A stretch of DNA of 64,000 nt from Squalus acanthias (lineage: Eukaryota): the NCBI GenBank assembly GCA_030390025.1, contig CM059433.1, positions 65,348,001 to 65,412,000 on the forward strand, given 5' to 3'. The notes beneath the pieces were generated by a model that saw nothing but the letters and a program-made list of their open reading frames with translations, ran no database searches and was not told the origin of the DNA. The translations under genes and the position numbers were made by a program. The first letter of the stretch is position 1; every line of letters starts with the position of its first letter. Below, in pieces: positions 1-12,500 of the stretch.

Positions 1-3000
1 TAATGTTGATTGAACTATGAAAGGGCTTGCTATGAGTTATGGATATTGTGTCAATTTTGAAGCTTTGGATATTTAGGTAATAAAAGTGGCTGGTAAACTA
101 TGATAAATATTACAACAAACAAGTACGTCAGGACTTGCGTAAATAAGAACTGATGTATGCAGGTAGCCCGGTTTAGATTGTACCCACAATAGACTATGAA
201 AGCTTGTCATCTATTCCTTCCAAAGATCATCTTGCTCTGAAAAGGACAATAAAACCTAATGTGCATTATGGCGTAGATAATTTTAATTTGTTGAATTACG
301 AGGATATCATAATCTTTCCAAAAGGACAATAATTAATTCGGATAAATATGATTTTGACAACAGAAGTGGTTAAGAAATTAGACACGAGAAATGTAATTAT
401 TTTAAAATTGTTGATCAGCCCCACAAGTGAAACTTATTATACGATAGCAAAATACTGCGGATGCTGGCAATCTGTAGTTATTTTTGAAACCTATTATACT
501 TGGTTACCGACTAAGTGAGGTTACAGAGACCGTCCTTTATATTCATACTTTTAAATCTGCCATCCAGCTAATGCTTACCCGATAAGAAGCATTTGGTAAA
601 TAGGGCAATTGTTTTAACAATTGTTTCTTTTAATCAATGACTATGAAAATCTAAATGAAAAGCCTATTAGAATTAACTGACTTTTTAAGCTGTCGGGTCA
701 TTTCTTCCTCTGGATTCCACGCACAGTTCTGAACGATGTTTAACCCGAACGTAGACTTGCTGATGAGCTTCTTCTGACTGTTTCAGCACCACGGCGCTAT
801 CCATCCGAACAAGTGCTTTCAGCACAGCGGCGAGCTCAGGCTATCGCTGGCGCTTCCAGCATCTTCAAGATAAATATAAATCGTTCCAATATGACTAAAG
901 TAAAGGCTGACTCAATGTACAGTTGATTGCGAAGTAAAAGTACATTAAAAGATTAACACTTCTGGAAAGAAAAACTGTTAGCAGAGATTTTGAGTGGGCT
1001 TTGGCTTCATGAACACGTTCCTGGTAAACTCTGGTTTAATTTGGAGATGGAGATGGGCAGAAGGGGCCCTCGTGGCCTTAACATGCAAGTGATGCTATGA
1101 TGTGCGAAACACAATTTATGTTGTTTGCATGTTTACCTTTTTCATTTGTTTTAATAAGGTTCAGGTATATCACATACCTGGTGGAACATAGCTATCAGCA
1201 TGTTTTAATGACTTGAATCATATATATGGTATAGATATATGAAGAGAGTCAGTCATTTGCAAAGAGTGCAATACTGACAAGTTCAAACTAAGGCAGCCAT
1301 GGATGAGACATTTCTCTGCAAGTTGAGAATTTTACTTACTTTTTAAAAATCTTTCAGAGGCTTAACTTGTTTACATTTAATTGGGAAAAGCTATTTCATT
1401 ATTAGTAAGTTTGTTCATTTCCTCTGTGTCCTGTGTGCAACAAAGTCATACATTTGTTTATAAAGAATTATATTTATAATGTGTTTGGCAAATAGTCCAA
1501 AATATCTTCCAGTTTGCATTTTAAAGCTGCTTTATTGCCGAATTTTTAGACTAGTTATACTATACATTTGGCATTGGAGGAGAGCTTGTAATGTATAATA
1601 CATTATAACTGAACACCTAGCCTATCTCAGTTGAGGTGTAGACCTGTCACTGAGGACTCAACTCCAGGTTAAAACCCTATTGGATAAGGCGGTCCTAGCT
1701 GAAGAAGCAGTGGGAAGCGGACAGTTATCTACTCTGGGAAGTTGTGCGCTTTTAGCTGGTTAAACTTAGTAATACTCATGCACACACTTGAGAACATAGG
1801 AATTGCTGGACGAAAAAGGACTAAGATCCATCTAGTTTGATACAACAACAATGAAGTTATTGACCGATCATGGCAATTAATCTCTATCAATTAGTCGACA
1901 ACAGGCCCAGCCATGAGGCGAGGAAACCCCCACTGGTGGAACCATAGGTCCAAAGACACCTGTTCCTCCCAATCAAGCTACACTTACCATATGTCATGTC
2001 TCAGATTGATCAGATTACCTTAGCCCATTTTTCTGAAATAAATCTATCTACTTTGCATTTTATTGCGTCAACATTATTTGCTTCCACCGTCTCTCTAGGG
2101 AGTCTGTTCCAACGATCTCGCTCGCTGAATGTTTCCGCAGATTAGTTTTGAATTCCCGAGATTTGTTTTGAGAGAGGCTCCTAAACTTTAGATTCGCCAC
2201 CCTGCCCCAAATCAGTCTGGATTTCGGTAAATGGGGTGTGGTGCTAAGAGAGGAAGACAGTATGCACTTCATATTGAACAAACAGAAACCCTAGGGTGGG
2301 TATAGATTTTTCAGTAGCTTGAATTGGAGACGCTGAAACATGGTGATGGGTTTCCGTGCGTGTCAAACATTGGGCTAATTAAACACAAGCGTGAAACATT
2401 GACACAATGTGTATGGAATAACTTCTGATACCATCTCAGTGCTTCTTGTATTGATGGTGCAAAGCAAACTTCAAAAACTTTTACAACTTTCTTTTTGATA
2501 TTCTTAATGTTGGTACAGAGCTGGCTAAACGGTAGACTATTTGCAGGATTTGGATACTGGTGATTGAAGCTCGTGTTTCTATGCATTGCCTGTTGCTAGG
2601 AGTTCTACAGATGCACATGAAGAAACGCCATTTGGGTACTTCATTCGAGTGACCGCCATTCCTCAAGAGTGAGCCAAGTCACTGAGTTATTGACAGGCTA
2701 TTTATTTGATAGCATTACAGCTACGCCCATTTCTCTCCTCAGCTAACGATCCCACACATCAGGGATCACCATCTGATTTCTCCCTCCCACCCTAGCCTGA
2801 CCCGGTTCACCCCACAGCTGTGATCAGCAACTGGGCTCAGACCCAGAATTTTTTGAATTTTTTTTATTCGTTCCTGGGATGTGGGCATTTATTGGGGCAT
2901 TTATTACCCATCCCTAATTGCCCTTGAGAAGGTGGTGGTGAGCCGCCTTCTTGAACCGCTGCAGTTCGTGTGGTAAAGTGCTGTTAGGGAGGGAGTTCCA

Positions 3001-3653
3001 GGATTTTGACCCAGCGAGGATGAAGGATCGGGCGATATATTTCCAAGTCAGGATGGGGTGTGACTTGGAGGGGAACTTGGAGGTGGTGGTGTTCCAATGC
3101 GCCTGCTGCCCTTGTTCTTCTAGGTGGAAGAGGTCGTGGGTTTGGGAGGTGCTGCCAAAGAAGCCTTAGCGAGTCTGCTGCAGCCACGGTACGCCGGTGG
3201 TGGAGGGAGTGAATGTTTAAGATGGTGGGTGGAGTGCCAATCAAGCGGGCTGCTTGAACTCGGCACTACCTGATGTGCATCACTAGGCTGCTCACTAGTT
3301 TTCCCAACTGAGCCAGTTGGCGCTCAGTTATATTCTGATTAACTACATATTAGATATAGCATTGAAACGTCAAGAAAGTTAATTGAAATTCACATTTGTG
3401 CATTCAATGTAATTTGTTGATCAAAAATTACATATTAGAAAAACAGGCGAATCATTGGTTTACAAATAACGCTTTTAAGTCGGTGCAACCGGGCACGCCA
3501 GTTTTTGGCTAGTTAAATTTTAATAGATGTGCTTCATCAAAAGTGTGTCATCTATGGCTGCACTATATATTTTTATGTTCTAGTTCTAGCTGACAGACTA
3601 TTGCTGTTTTGTGTAACGTCTCCGTCCATTTACAAGCAGTGCCTGCAGTGACA

Positions 3654-3688
3654 CTGACGTCAGCCCAGTCCCTTGGATGTTATATAAA
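3654..3688 (+). promoter_or_regulatory. uts1/UCN core promoter: palindromic CRE (CTGACGTCAG 3654-3663) and TATA box (TATATAAA 3681-3688)
   Basis: Perfect TGACGTCA 18 nt upstream of TATATAAA, followed ~100 nt later by a consensus donor CAG|GTAAGT. CRE plus TATA is the known architecture of CRH and UCN promoters. Confidence 0.8.
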
Positions 3689-3711
3689 CCTTGTGGGGAT
3701 CCCATGGAGTT

Positions 3712-3789
3712 AAAGCGCCAGTCGACAACCGCTGCCAATGATCCATTTTCTCCAACTTTAGACATATTTTCCAGCCCGAGGACACGCAG
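3712..3789 (+). other. uts1: Non-coding exon 1 (5'UTR) of the urotensin I gene; start approximate
   Basis: Start placed ~30 nt after the TATA box. Ends at CAG|GTAAGT (GT at 3790). CRH-family genes have a non-coding exon 1 and one coding exon. Matching acceptor ctttattttcAG at 14931-14932. Confidence 0.7.
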
Positions 3790-5215
3790 GTAAGTGAGGA
3801 AACATCTACTCCGCTCCTGCTCTCGTTGTATCAGCAGCGGCAACAAGACTGTTCCGTCTGAATTTCAAAAATAACATTGTTTAAAGCTTAGGAGGCAGCT
3901 GGATGGTTAAACCACGTTCAGGGTTATGTTATGTGGCGTTTAGTGATAGATGCCATTGTTTTAAATTTAAATTGTAACCGTTTTGAATTCGTGCTCTTTT
4001 ACTTTCGGGTAGTTGGTCGTCTACTTTGACTACTTTTATTTACTCTTATCAAGTCAGAGGTTAATTTTAAATTGGTTATGCTGAAACTGACCAGCAACCA
4101 GCGACAGGCGCCCGAACAACTCCTTCGGCGTGTGATAAAACACCCCATTAGTGCCCGTTACTCCATTAGTTAAATGTCGGACTTGCACAATCCGAGAACT
4201 TTCCCTTCGTTCAGCCAACGCAAAGGTCCATCAGCAAACTTCTAATTTCTTCCTTGGTCTTGGCCACCTGTCCATCGTCTTTACTGATGTGCGATTTCGC
4301 GTGTGCAGGAAACCTGCGATTACTAGTTAGGATACTGTAGGCAGAATTCAGGCAAAGTACCAGAGCCATCTCCCGATACCTTCTCGCACTGTTGGATACC
4401 GGCTAAATAGGGACACCAATGTGCCACATTTAATGGATGGAGCTTTGTACTCACGAACCTGGCTTCTCCAACGCTTGCGAGACTTGGTTGAAATGGCTCG
4501 CCAAAGGTTTGCTAGTGCGGTACCTTCAAAGAAACATTCAGTTGCAGTTGTTCCACAAGTTCATTGGCAAAGGAAGCGGGAAAAATCCAGAGAACTGTGA
4601 ATCTAACACGGAACCCAGCAATCTCGTTCAAAAGTAGCATATTACAATCAAGCCACTTTGTAAAATATTATTTTAATCTAAACAAGAGATAAAAAGCCAT
4701 GGAACCATAATCCCAGAAATTTGACTCCAACATTGGTGGTGTACATGAGGGTACTGTCTATACTGGAGGTTGAGGGTATAAATTGGTCTGAGCATTGTAG
4801 TTGACATCTGTACTGGACCTTAGGTCCCAATAACTATATAGAGAGCAACACTGGGCAACTGAAACTTTAGGACCTAATTTGTGCAGTAGACCGGAGCAAG
4901 TTTTTTTTTATCGACTGCCTAACTTTAATAAATTCTCTATAGCCAGTTCCTAAAGGTTGCAGCTATTTAACACGTTCGTAGGAAATTTAAAAAAAAGACT
5001 TGCATTTATATAGTGCCTTTCACTACCACCGGAGGTCCCAAAGCGCTTTACAGCCAATGAAGGACTTTTTGAAATGTAGTCACTGGTGTAATGCAGGAAA
5101 AGCTTGGAAATGACCTGCATTGTGGACATTTGAATTCCAAAAACTCGTTTGATAATTCACCTAATGTTTTCCCCAATCATATTCGGCTTCAACACGAATT
5201 AAAATCTGCAAAACC

Positions 5216-5570
5216 TAGAATCATAGAATAGAACAGCACAGAAGGAGGCCATTCCGCCCATCGAGTCTGTGCCGGCTCTTCCAAAGAGCAATCCAGCTAG
5301 TCCCACTCTCCTGCTCTCTCCCCCTATCCCAGTAATTTTTTTCTCCTTCAAGTATTTATCCAATTCTCCTTTGAAGGCTACTATTGAATCTGCATCCACC
5401 ACCCTATCAGGCAGTGCATTCCATATCCTAACGACTCCTTGCATAAAAAAGTTTTCCTTCATGTCACCTCTGGTTCTTTTGCCAATCATCTTAAATCTGT
5501 ACCCTCTGGTTATCGACGCTTCAGCCATTGGAAACAGTATCTCTTTATTTACTCTATCTAAAGCCTTCAC
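5216..5570 (-). mobile_element. CR1 3' fragment
   Basis: ORF ...FFMQGVVRIWNALP...; (TTCTATGA)-type tail. Confidence 0.85.
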
Positions 5571-6984
5571 CCTAGATCTAGATAATCAGATAGCGGTGGC
5601 AAACCACAGTACTTTGAATATAGTTTCATTTCTGTCACATTCTCCCAAACTTATTTTAAAACTTTAGCTCTTTAACCAGGTAACATTACGAATATATTTT
5701 TTAAAGTGATGGAGCAATACTTCCAAAGTGTGTTGTATATAAATACATTAGTGCAGCTAAGTGGAAATGCTACATATTTTAACTTAAAAAAAATGAAATT
5801 TATTGATGGACTACCTAAATCTTTTCGTTGTCCAATTAACTGCACTGTAGTGTATCCCTTGTAATATTAAATATTCTAGATATTTTATACCAATGTTTTC
5901 AATTGTCATTTGTATTATTGGTTAAGGACATAATTGTATTTAATTTTAGAACATGCAAAATATTTAATTTCCCATGTGTGCACAGTTTAATACTTTGCAA
6001 AATTTAGACACTACAACTGGGTGAATCCAAATAGATTTTATTTGGCTGATTATAAACTCAGAGTTTAGAAGATGTGTTTTTTGATCTTTAAGAAGACAGT
6101 GGTTTACATGTAGAAACAGTGACATTCTGCAAGGCTTTTTGTGATTTCACCAGACGGCTGTGGTCACATCATTTCACCATCATAATTCTGCCAAAGGGAA
6201 AATAACATCCACAGAGGGGATCCTTAGTGAGGAAAAGCCTGAAGGCTATGCCAGAGAAGTCTGTAGGTAGCAGCAACTAGATGAATTCTAGAGCATCTCT
6301 CTGGTAATTCTTGAGCAACAGAATATAAGAGCTGTGAAGTGTCAGTTAGGCAAAGATTGCAGTGAGAAGGTGTTGTCAGTGGAGAATCCTGAATGGAAGC
6401 TGCCACTGGGGTAGGATACCTGTATACTTTTAACTATTGCTATTAACATTAGTTTTATTTGGAAAGAGATAAAGGTGTTAGGATCTTCTGTTGTGTAGAT
6501 TAGATGCCTTGCTGTATCAAATTAAAGTTAATGGTAGAAATCTTTATAGTAAAGAAGTCAAGCTTTACAGTCTAAAAGGTGATTAAAGCAGGGGACCCCA
6601 TCAAGGTAAATAAAATGTTTAAATAGTGCAGATCAGGTAAACCCAGAATATTACTTCAGAGTAAGTCAACAAAGAAGGACTAAATTAGTGAAATGTAAAT
6701 TTAAAACCGATACATTGGGATGACCTTGTTTACTCGAGGAGTGATAATCTGTCAGACAGGGTGGCAGAGACGAAAATATCAGCAACATTCAAATCATGGT
6801 TGTATGGTAAATGGGAGATTACAGTATAAGAGAGGCTGCCTGTAATAGGCCAAATAGCCTGTTAATCCGTGACATTCCTCATGTTTTTTCTGCTCCATTT
6901 ATGAAATCTCTCTCTCCACAGAAGGTAATAATTTCCTTCAATAGTTAGATAGAAGTTAATGAAAATAGATTAATTAGAATAGAA

Positions 6985-8120
6985 ATAGTCATTGAGTTAT
7001 ACAGCACAGAAAGAGGCCCTTCGGCCCATCGTGTCCGCACCGGCCATCAAGCCCTATCTATTCTAATCCCATTTTCCAGCACTTGGTCCGTAGCCTTGTA
7101 TGCTATGGTGTTTCAAGTGCTCATCTAAATGCTTCTTGAATGTTGTGAGGGTTCCTGCCTCTACCACCCTTTCAGGCAGTGAGTTCCAGATTCCAACCAC
7201 CCTCTGGGTGAAAAAGTTTTTCCTCAAATCCCCTCTAAACATCCTGCCCCTTACCTTGAAACTATGCCCCCTGGTTATTGACCCATCTACTAAGGGGAAA
7301 AGTTCCTTTCTATCTACCCTGTCTATGCCCCTCATAATTTTGTACACCTCAATCAGGTCCCCCCTCAGCCTTCTCTGCTCTAAGGAAAACAACCCCAGCC
7401 TGTCCAGTCTCTCTTCATAGCTGAAATGCTCCAGCCCAGGTAACATCCTGGTGAATCTCCTCTGCACCCTCTCCAATGCAATCACATCCTTCCTATAGTG
7501 TGGCGACCAGAACTGCACACCGTATTCCAGCTGTGGCCTAACTAGCGTTTTGTACAGCTCCATCATAACCTCCCTGCTCTTATATTCTATGCCTCGGCTA
7601 ATGAAGGCAAGTATCCCATATGCCTTTTTAACCTTATCTACCTGTCCTGCTGCCTTCAGGGATCTATGTACATGCACACCAAGGTCCCTCTGATCCTCTG
7701 TCCTTCCTAAGGTCCTACCATTCATTGTGTATTCCCTTGCCTTGTTAGTCCTCCCAAAATGCATCACCTCACACTTTTCAGGGTTAAATTCCATTTGCCA
7801 CTGTTCTGCCCATCTGACCAACCCATCTATATCGTCCTGTAGCCCAAGGCTTCCCTCCTCGCTATTTACCAAACCACCAATTTTCGTGTCATCTGCGAAC
7901 TTACTGATCATACCTCCTACATTCATATATCTAAATCATTAATGTACACTACAAACAGCAAGGGACCCAGCACCGATCCCTTCGGTACACCACTGGACAC
8001 AGGCTTCCAGTCACAAAAACAACCTTCGACCATCACCCTCTGCCTCCTGCCACTAAGCCAATTTTGGATCCAATGTGCTAAATTGCCCTGGATCCCATGG
8101 GCTCTTACCTTCTTGACCAG
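6985..8120 (-). mobile_element. 5'-truncated CR1 LINE (RT C-terminus and 3'UTR) in the uts1 intron
   Basis: ORF 7063-7926 with FADD and YKTLVRPQLEY...WSP; CR1 3' end. Confidence 0.9.
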
Positions 8121-11100
8121 CTAAAGTGAGCTTAACTAACTTTTAAAGATATTAGTAGAATTATGCAATTTCATCAATTTTATTCATATTTAAAAGAAAA
8201 ACACCATTGTTACTGTAGGCTATTATGTGACTGTTAAACAGAAATGACTGTTTGGACCAGTTGACGACTGTTGCAAATACTTAGCCATACTCTCCGGCTC
8301 ACAGCTCTTCATGATTCACTGCCATGATGAATTAAAGAGGATCACAAATAGTAATAAAGTCTAGCTTAGATTCACCAACTCATTAAGATACTGTTTTTTT
8401 TTCCATTTTGAAAGGTCTTCAATAGGATGAAGATACTAACTAATGAAATATATTTTACACTATACACTACTGTTCTATACCTAGGTCATTTACGGCATAA
8501 ACCAAATAAAGTATGAGCTCACACTTGTCCAGCAATACCCCTTTATGTAAATATTTTCTTTCTTTTAAAAGCCTCTTGTGTTTGTGAATAGAGAAGAACT
8601 GAAAGAGGCTTGAATCATTTTTATCACAATAGCACAAGTCATGTGACTAAGGAAATGAAGCAAATTGCCACTTTTTCATGAAGATGGTTCTACTTTAATA
8701 GCATACATTTTGTTGGCAAATTGGGTGTGATAATAAATGGGCTGGACTCCTATTAACATTAATCAATGATGAGCTAGTGTGATGCTATAGTTATGCCATC
8801 CATTTGCATTGGTGCAAAGTGCTTTTTATGTTGCACTGATGCAAGACGGGCAAGTATAACTGTGGTGAACCTGCGACAATTTAAATGTTTTTCTACTGGT
8901 GTGCAACCAAACTTGTGCTCCATTTCAACTGCAGTATAACTGCATTCAGTGAGAACAAATTTGAAAATTTAACATTAAAATGGTTTTGGACAACTGCTAA
9001 ACAACCTTCACATTTCTCATAATGGAAAAGAACTGATGTGTCGAGTTTAAAAAAAAAAATCACTGGCAGTTGAAGCCTGGAGAAGTGAACTGCATTGGTG
9101 CTTTTAAATAGGGATGTGTGCAGTTGTGCAAGGACACTCCACACTGTCCATTCACGTCCTGCTGAAAATGGTACTTATACATTAACAGTATAATTGGGGC
9201 ATAATTCATTTTACAATGGTACTAAGGCTACAGATAAATCCTATATATGTCAATTTTAATTTAATTCATCTACACATGTGAAATCCAAACATAAAACAAT
9301 TCAATACAAGAACTTCTATGAGTGCCTTTAAATACAGCAAGACAGAGCTCCATAAATGGCTGGTTTGGTACTGAGCCATACAGATCAGGAAGTTGAATCC
9401 CTGGTCAGCATTGAGTTTGATGATCTCAACTGAGGTAGCAGAGGGTTAGTGCTGCTGTGAGTTAGCATCTTTTAGAGAAAACTGAAAAAAATGATGTGAT
9501 GTGATGAGATGAGAGGTGACAATGATATTCAACCTCTCTATAGATGTGAATACAATAGACAGACCTGAGGTCCATTTGGATAACTTAGAAAACAGAGTAC
9601 TTAAAGTGTAGAGATGAATAGATTTTGAAAAACTTAAATTTGATTTGAGTTGAGCATCTTGAGATATTATAATAAGACAATTTTAGAGACTGAGGTGTTG
9701 GGTTAACAGTGAGGGAATTAAGGGTGTGCTGCACAAAGCAGTATACCAAGTTCTGTCATTGAATGTAAATAGAAATTATTTCATTATTGACGGAAAGGTA
9801 ATAGATGTTTGCGAAACTGCTATGTTATATGATTCCCTTTCAAATAGGCAACTGAATATAATTTCCTAGAGTTTCGTTCTTCAAACAGGCTCTTTCTGGA
9901 CTTCATTGCAGCTTGTAATGTTTTATGCAAACATTTTTAAATGTGCTATGCTTAAGTGTGACTTGACAAACCTCAAGCTGGTACCAACATCAAATTAAAA
10001 GTGAGTATAAAGAAATTATAAAGTTGTCATTTATATTAGTTAGTTGAATCCTTCAGCAGTATATCCAGGTTTGGAAAAATGTAGGTGGGCATGTCATAGA
10101 TTATTAAGAAATGGAAATGAGACTTGTTGATTTTGAAAATGTTTTCTACCATCTGTCCATTGAGGTTCATGTGAGCTATTACTCAGAGTATTATTTCTAC
10201 ACGGAAATGGACCAACATAGTTGCCATTAATAAGTCCATTACTGTCTTTGTCATACATGCATCACTTGCTTTTCAAGCAACATCACCTATTGCTGTTAAG
10301 AGTCCTAAAAATATCATTCTCTTTTGCTAATTTTCACATGAATATCTGATTGAATTTCACCGTTCACCTTACTGATGGCTGCCCACAAAGTTTTGACTGG
10401 TTTTAGAGCGGAGACTTGCCTAATCCAGTGTCTGTTCCAGCGCGGTGTCCGCTACAGGGGATACGTGGCGTCTGTGAGTGGGGCAAGAAACAGCAAGGCT
10501 CTTCAACCAATCAGATTGAAGAATCCTCACTGAGGCACGCAGAGTCTAAACCAGGAATTATAAATTAAATGTAAATGATGTACAGAAAGTGAAATAAAGA
10601 TCGGGAAATACAGATGGGATTAGGGAGAGATGATAAGAGATTTTTTTTTTTTAACTCTCCAACCCTAATTTTCTTCCGAGGCATTGAGACTCCATACTTG
10701 TAAAATTAATTTCTCAGGGCCAGAGAGGTTGTTATCAATTATCACACCGTTACAAACTCACTTACTCCTGAATGCCCCAGCCCTAACTTTTTCAGCCATC
10801 TTTAGTGGGGAACTAGTGGGAAAGTACAGCAAGTTCACGTCGTTGCACTCATTTCAAAGTCTATCAGCGAGGATTGCAACAGCGCACCCTATGGAGGAGC
10901 AGGGTATCTCTGACAGCAACTTCCAGATTTCCACGTTTAATTGCACATGTGCAGACGCCAGAAGTTGCTGTCCGATTTATCCAGTTATAACAGTGAGCAC
11001 TGATAGTTTCACTGTTATTATTACCGCAAAATTCAGGCCAATATGTTTAAAATGCAGCTCCAGAAAGAATAGAAGATAGTCCAGACTGGTACACAGATTT

Positions 11101-11249
11101 GCAGGAAAGCAGGTTTTACTTTGGATAGCAACCAGCAACAGGAACTGTTTTAATTCCTCATGCTCTCTTCAAGAGGATAGAACAACACAGGAAAATAAGG
11201 GGGAATCTCGTTATGGCATAGATATTAAATAAATATGTTGCCTGGGAGA

Positions 11250-12500
11250 ATGTAGACCAGGGAGTCTAACATCAGTTGTGGGCAAACACTTGGAATCCAT
11301 AATTCAAGATCAAATTCATGAGCATTTAAAAATACATAGATTAATCAAGGATAGCCAGTATGGCTTTGTTAAAAGCAAATCATGGTTGATCAACATAATA
11401 GAGCTTTTTTGAAGAAGTGACTGGTTCTGTAGATAAAGGGAATGCAGTAGATGGAATATACATGGATTTTCAGGTGGTGATTAATAGGTGGCTTGTTATA
11501 AAAAATCAGGGATATAGTAGAAGAGGAAATGTAGCAGCGTGGATTGAAAGTTGGAGAGGAAACAAAGGGTTAGGGTTAATGGGTGTTTCTCAGAATAGAG
11601 AAGGGTTAGGAGTGGTGTTCCTCAGGGGTTCGTGCTAAGGGCCACTTTTGTTCTCTATAAGTAATAAATATATATTAGCCATAATATTGAAATTCATTAA
11701 TGATATAAAAGGAGTAAGCTTGACAAGAAACAGCGAGGAGGAATGTAAATGATTTCAGGAGGACATAAACAAATAGTGGAATGGGCAGACAGGTGACAGA
11801 TGCAATTTTGTGTGAGGTAATGCATTTTAGAAAAAATCAGTGGAAATATATTGAAGGCTGTGCATGAAGAGAAAGATCTAAGCACAAATACATAATTCCT
11901 TCAAAGTGCAAAAGCAGATTGATGAAGTTATAAAGGCAAGTCATTTTAGGATTTATAAATAGGGAAATAGAGTACAAGAGCAAAGAGGTAATGACACATT
12001 TACATAAGGTAATGGTTAGGCCACAGTTAGAGTATGATATGCAGTTTATGGTGGCCCATTATAGAAAAGGCACTAAGTTATAGATGACATACAGCATAGA
12101 TTCACCAATAATGATACCAGGAATGAGAAACTATAGTTATGAGAAGAGACTTGAGATACTAGAACTATTTCCACTGGAACAGAGGAGGCTAAGTGGAGAT
12201 TTAAGAGATTTTTAAAATTATGAAGGATTTTGATACCTTGAATTGGGAAAGACTATTGCCTCTGGTTCAGCAGTCTGTGATGAGGGGTCATCAACTTAAA
12301 ATGATCACTAAGAGTGAGGCAAAAGATTAGGAGAAATTTCCTTACAGAGGATTGTTGGCACGTGGAATGCTTTGCCACAGGGAGTGGTTGAGGCAGAGAC
12401 CATTGCATCTTTTAAGGGAGAAGTGGATAAATATTTGAAACAGAGGAAGATGCAGGCTATGGGGAGGGAGCAGGAAAGTAGGATTAGTTTTGGATTGCTC
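11250..12500 (+). mobile_element. Old, degraded CR1 RT fragment
   Basis: Broken motifs: SLTSVVGK, VDKGNAVDGIYMDF, SGVPQGS, WNALPQGVVEA. Confidence 0.8.

Noticed and set aside
1-3600. mpv17 exons expected upstream of UCN by synteny
   Set aside because: No MPV17-like coding sequence recognised in this interval.
4437-4637. 66-aa ORF in the uts1 intron
   Set aside because: No recognisable domain or splice support; likely a chance ORF in a GC-richer patch.
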